Notes under the pieces: model-generated
What the model was told of the DNA's origin: nothing
Seen by the model: the letters and a program-made list of their open reading frames with translations, nothing else
Databases searched by the model: none
Program-made: the position numbers and the translations under genes
Origin: an uncultured Gammaproteobacteria bacterium
Lineage (GTDB): Bacteria > Patescibacteriota > Microgenomatia > CAYQLK01
Direction of reading: 5' to 3'
DNA: 41,075 bases
Assembly (NCBI GenBank): GCA_964426075.1
Contig: CAYROP010000003.1
Span: forward strand, 1 to 41,075
In this document: piece by piece, positions 40,522 to 41,075 of the stretch
How the letters are laid out: every line of letters begins with the position of its first letter
How positions within the stretch are numbered: position 1 is the first letter of the stretch

Positions 40522-41075
40522 ATGGAGAATGATCAAAAATCGTCGAAAGAAAAATCTGATAAGTTTGGTAAAGAGATCAGTGAGTTTTTGGAATATTTGG
40601 AGGTCGAAAGAAACGTTTCTCCCCTCACCTTACGGGACTATAAACACTATTTAGAAGTTTTTGCTAATTGGGCAAGTGAGAATAATATTGGCGAGATCGA
40701 AAGTATTGATATTAAACAAATTAGGTCGTTTAGGCTGTTTTTGTCGAGAAAATTAACTCAGGATGGTGAGCCAATTAAAAAGATAACGCAGAATTATTAT
40801 GTTATTGCATTGCGGGCAATGCTTAGATATATGGTTAAGAATGACCGCAAGGTTATTTCGCCTGACAAGATAGAGCTAGGTAAACAAGAAGGTAGACAGG
40901 TTAAGTTCTTGACTCAAGATCACTTGAATAGATTACTCAATAGCCCAAATATAAATAATTTAAGTGGTTTAAGGGATAAGGCAATATTGGAGATGCTTTT
41001 TTCTACTGGTTTGCGTGTGTCGGAGATGGTTGGTTTGGATCGCGACTCAATTGATTTAAATACTGGAGAATTTGG
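40522..41075 (+). CDS. XerC/XerD-like tyrosine recombinase, 3'-truncated by the window end
   Basis: My own translation from ATG 40522: ...FLEYLEVERNVSPLTLRDYKHYLEVF... (N-terminal SAM-like domain) and ...LRDKAILEMLFSTGLRVSEMVGLDRDSIDL (catalytic Arg box). It is absent from the ORF track because it runs off the end. Confidence 0.85.
   Translation, partial: MENDQKSSKEKSDKFGKEISEFLEYLEVERNVSPLTLRDYKHYLEVFANWASENNIGEIESIDIKQIRSFRLFLSRKLTQDGEPIKKITQNYYVIALRAMLRYMVKNDRKVISPDKIELGKQEGRQVKFLTQDHLNRLLNSPNINNLSGLRDKAILEMLFSTGLRVSEMVGLDRDSIDLNTGEF

Overview
The window looks like a chromosome segment of an AT-rich, small-genome bacterium. CPR/Patescibacteria-like is my guess from gene content, not shown. 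No homology search could be run, so every functional idea about the cassette array is inference.

Ordinary housekeeping genes fill 8.65-29.7 kb and 31.9-39.2 kb: rarA, ychF, rpsF-ssb-rpsR, S41 and HtrA proteases, prfA, rpmE, hisS, dnaB, tRNA-Leu(CAA), efp, lgt-lspA, an RluA-family synthase, an LCP protein and yebC-ruvC. A partial Xer-like tyrosine recombinase sits at the 3' edge.

Three patches are visibly G+C-richer, use G/C-ending codons and often start with TTG or GTG:
(i) 0.13-8.6 kb is the main anomaly. It holds a divergent 3-gene operon of CX2CX5HX3C zinc-knuckle mini-proteins and at least 11 back-to-back autonomous cassettes. Each cassette has an AT-rich promoter module (most carrying the box CCYRKAGTA), an SD, one to three small ORFs of no recognisable family, and a GC-stem/T-run terminator. 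The 17 ORFs form at least three paralog families.
(ii) 29.9-31.9 kb carries pyrF-pyrE plus a 4xCxxC zinc-ribbon ORF, directly downstream of tRNA-Leu.
(iii) A 75-aa membrane mini-ORF lies at 40.2 kb behind the same promoter type. It sits in a 1.3-kb gene-poor, G-rich/C-poor region with DnaA-box-like iterons, a 28-bp dif-like 11-6-11 site, and a half-site copy of that site next to the recombinase gene.

I recognised no rRNA, CRISPR array, transposase or known defence system.
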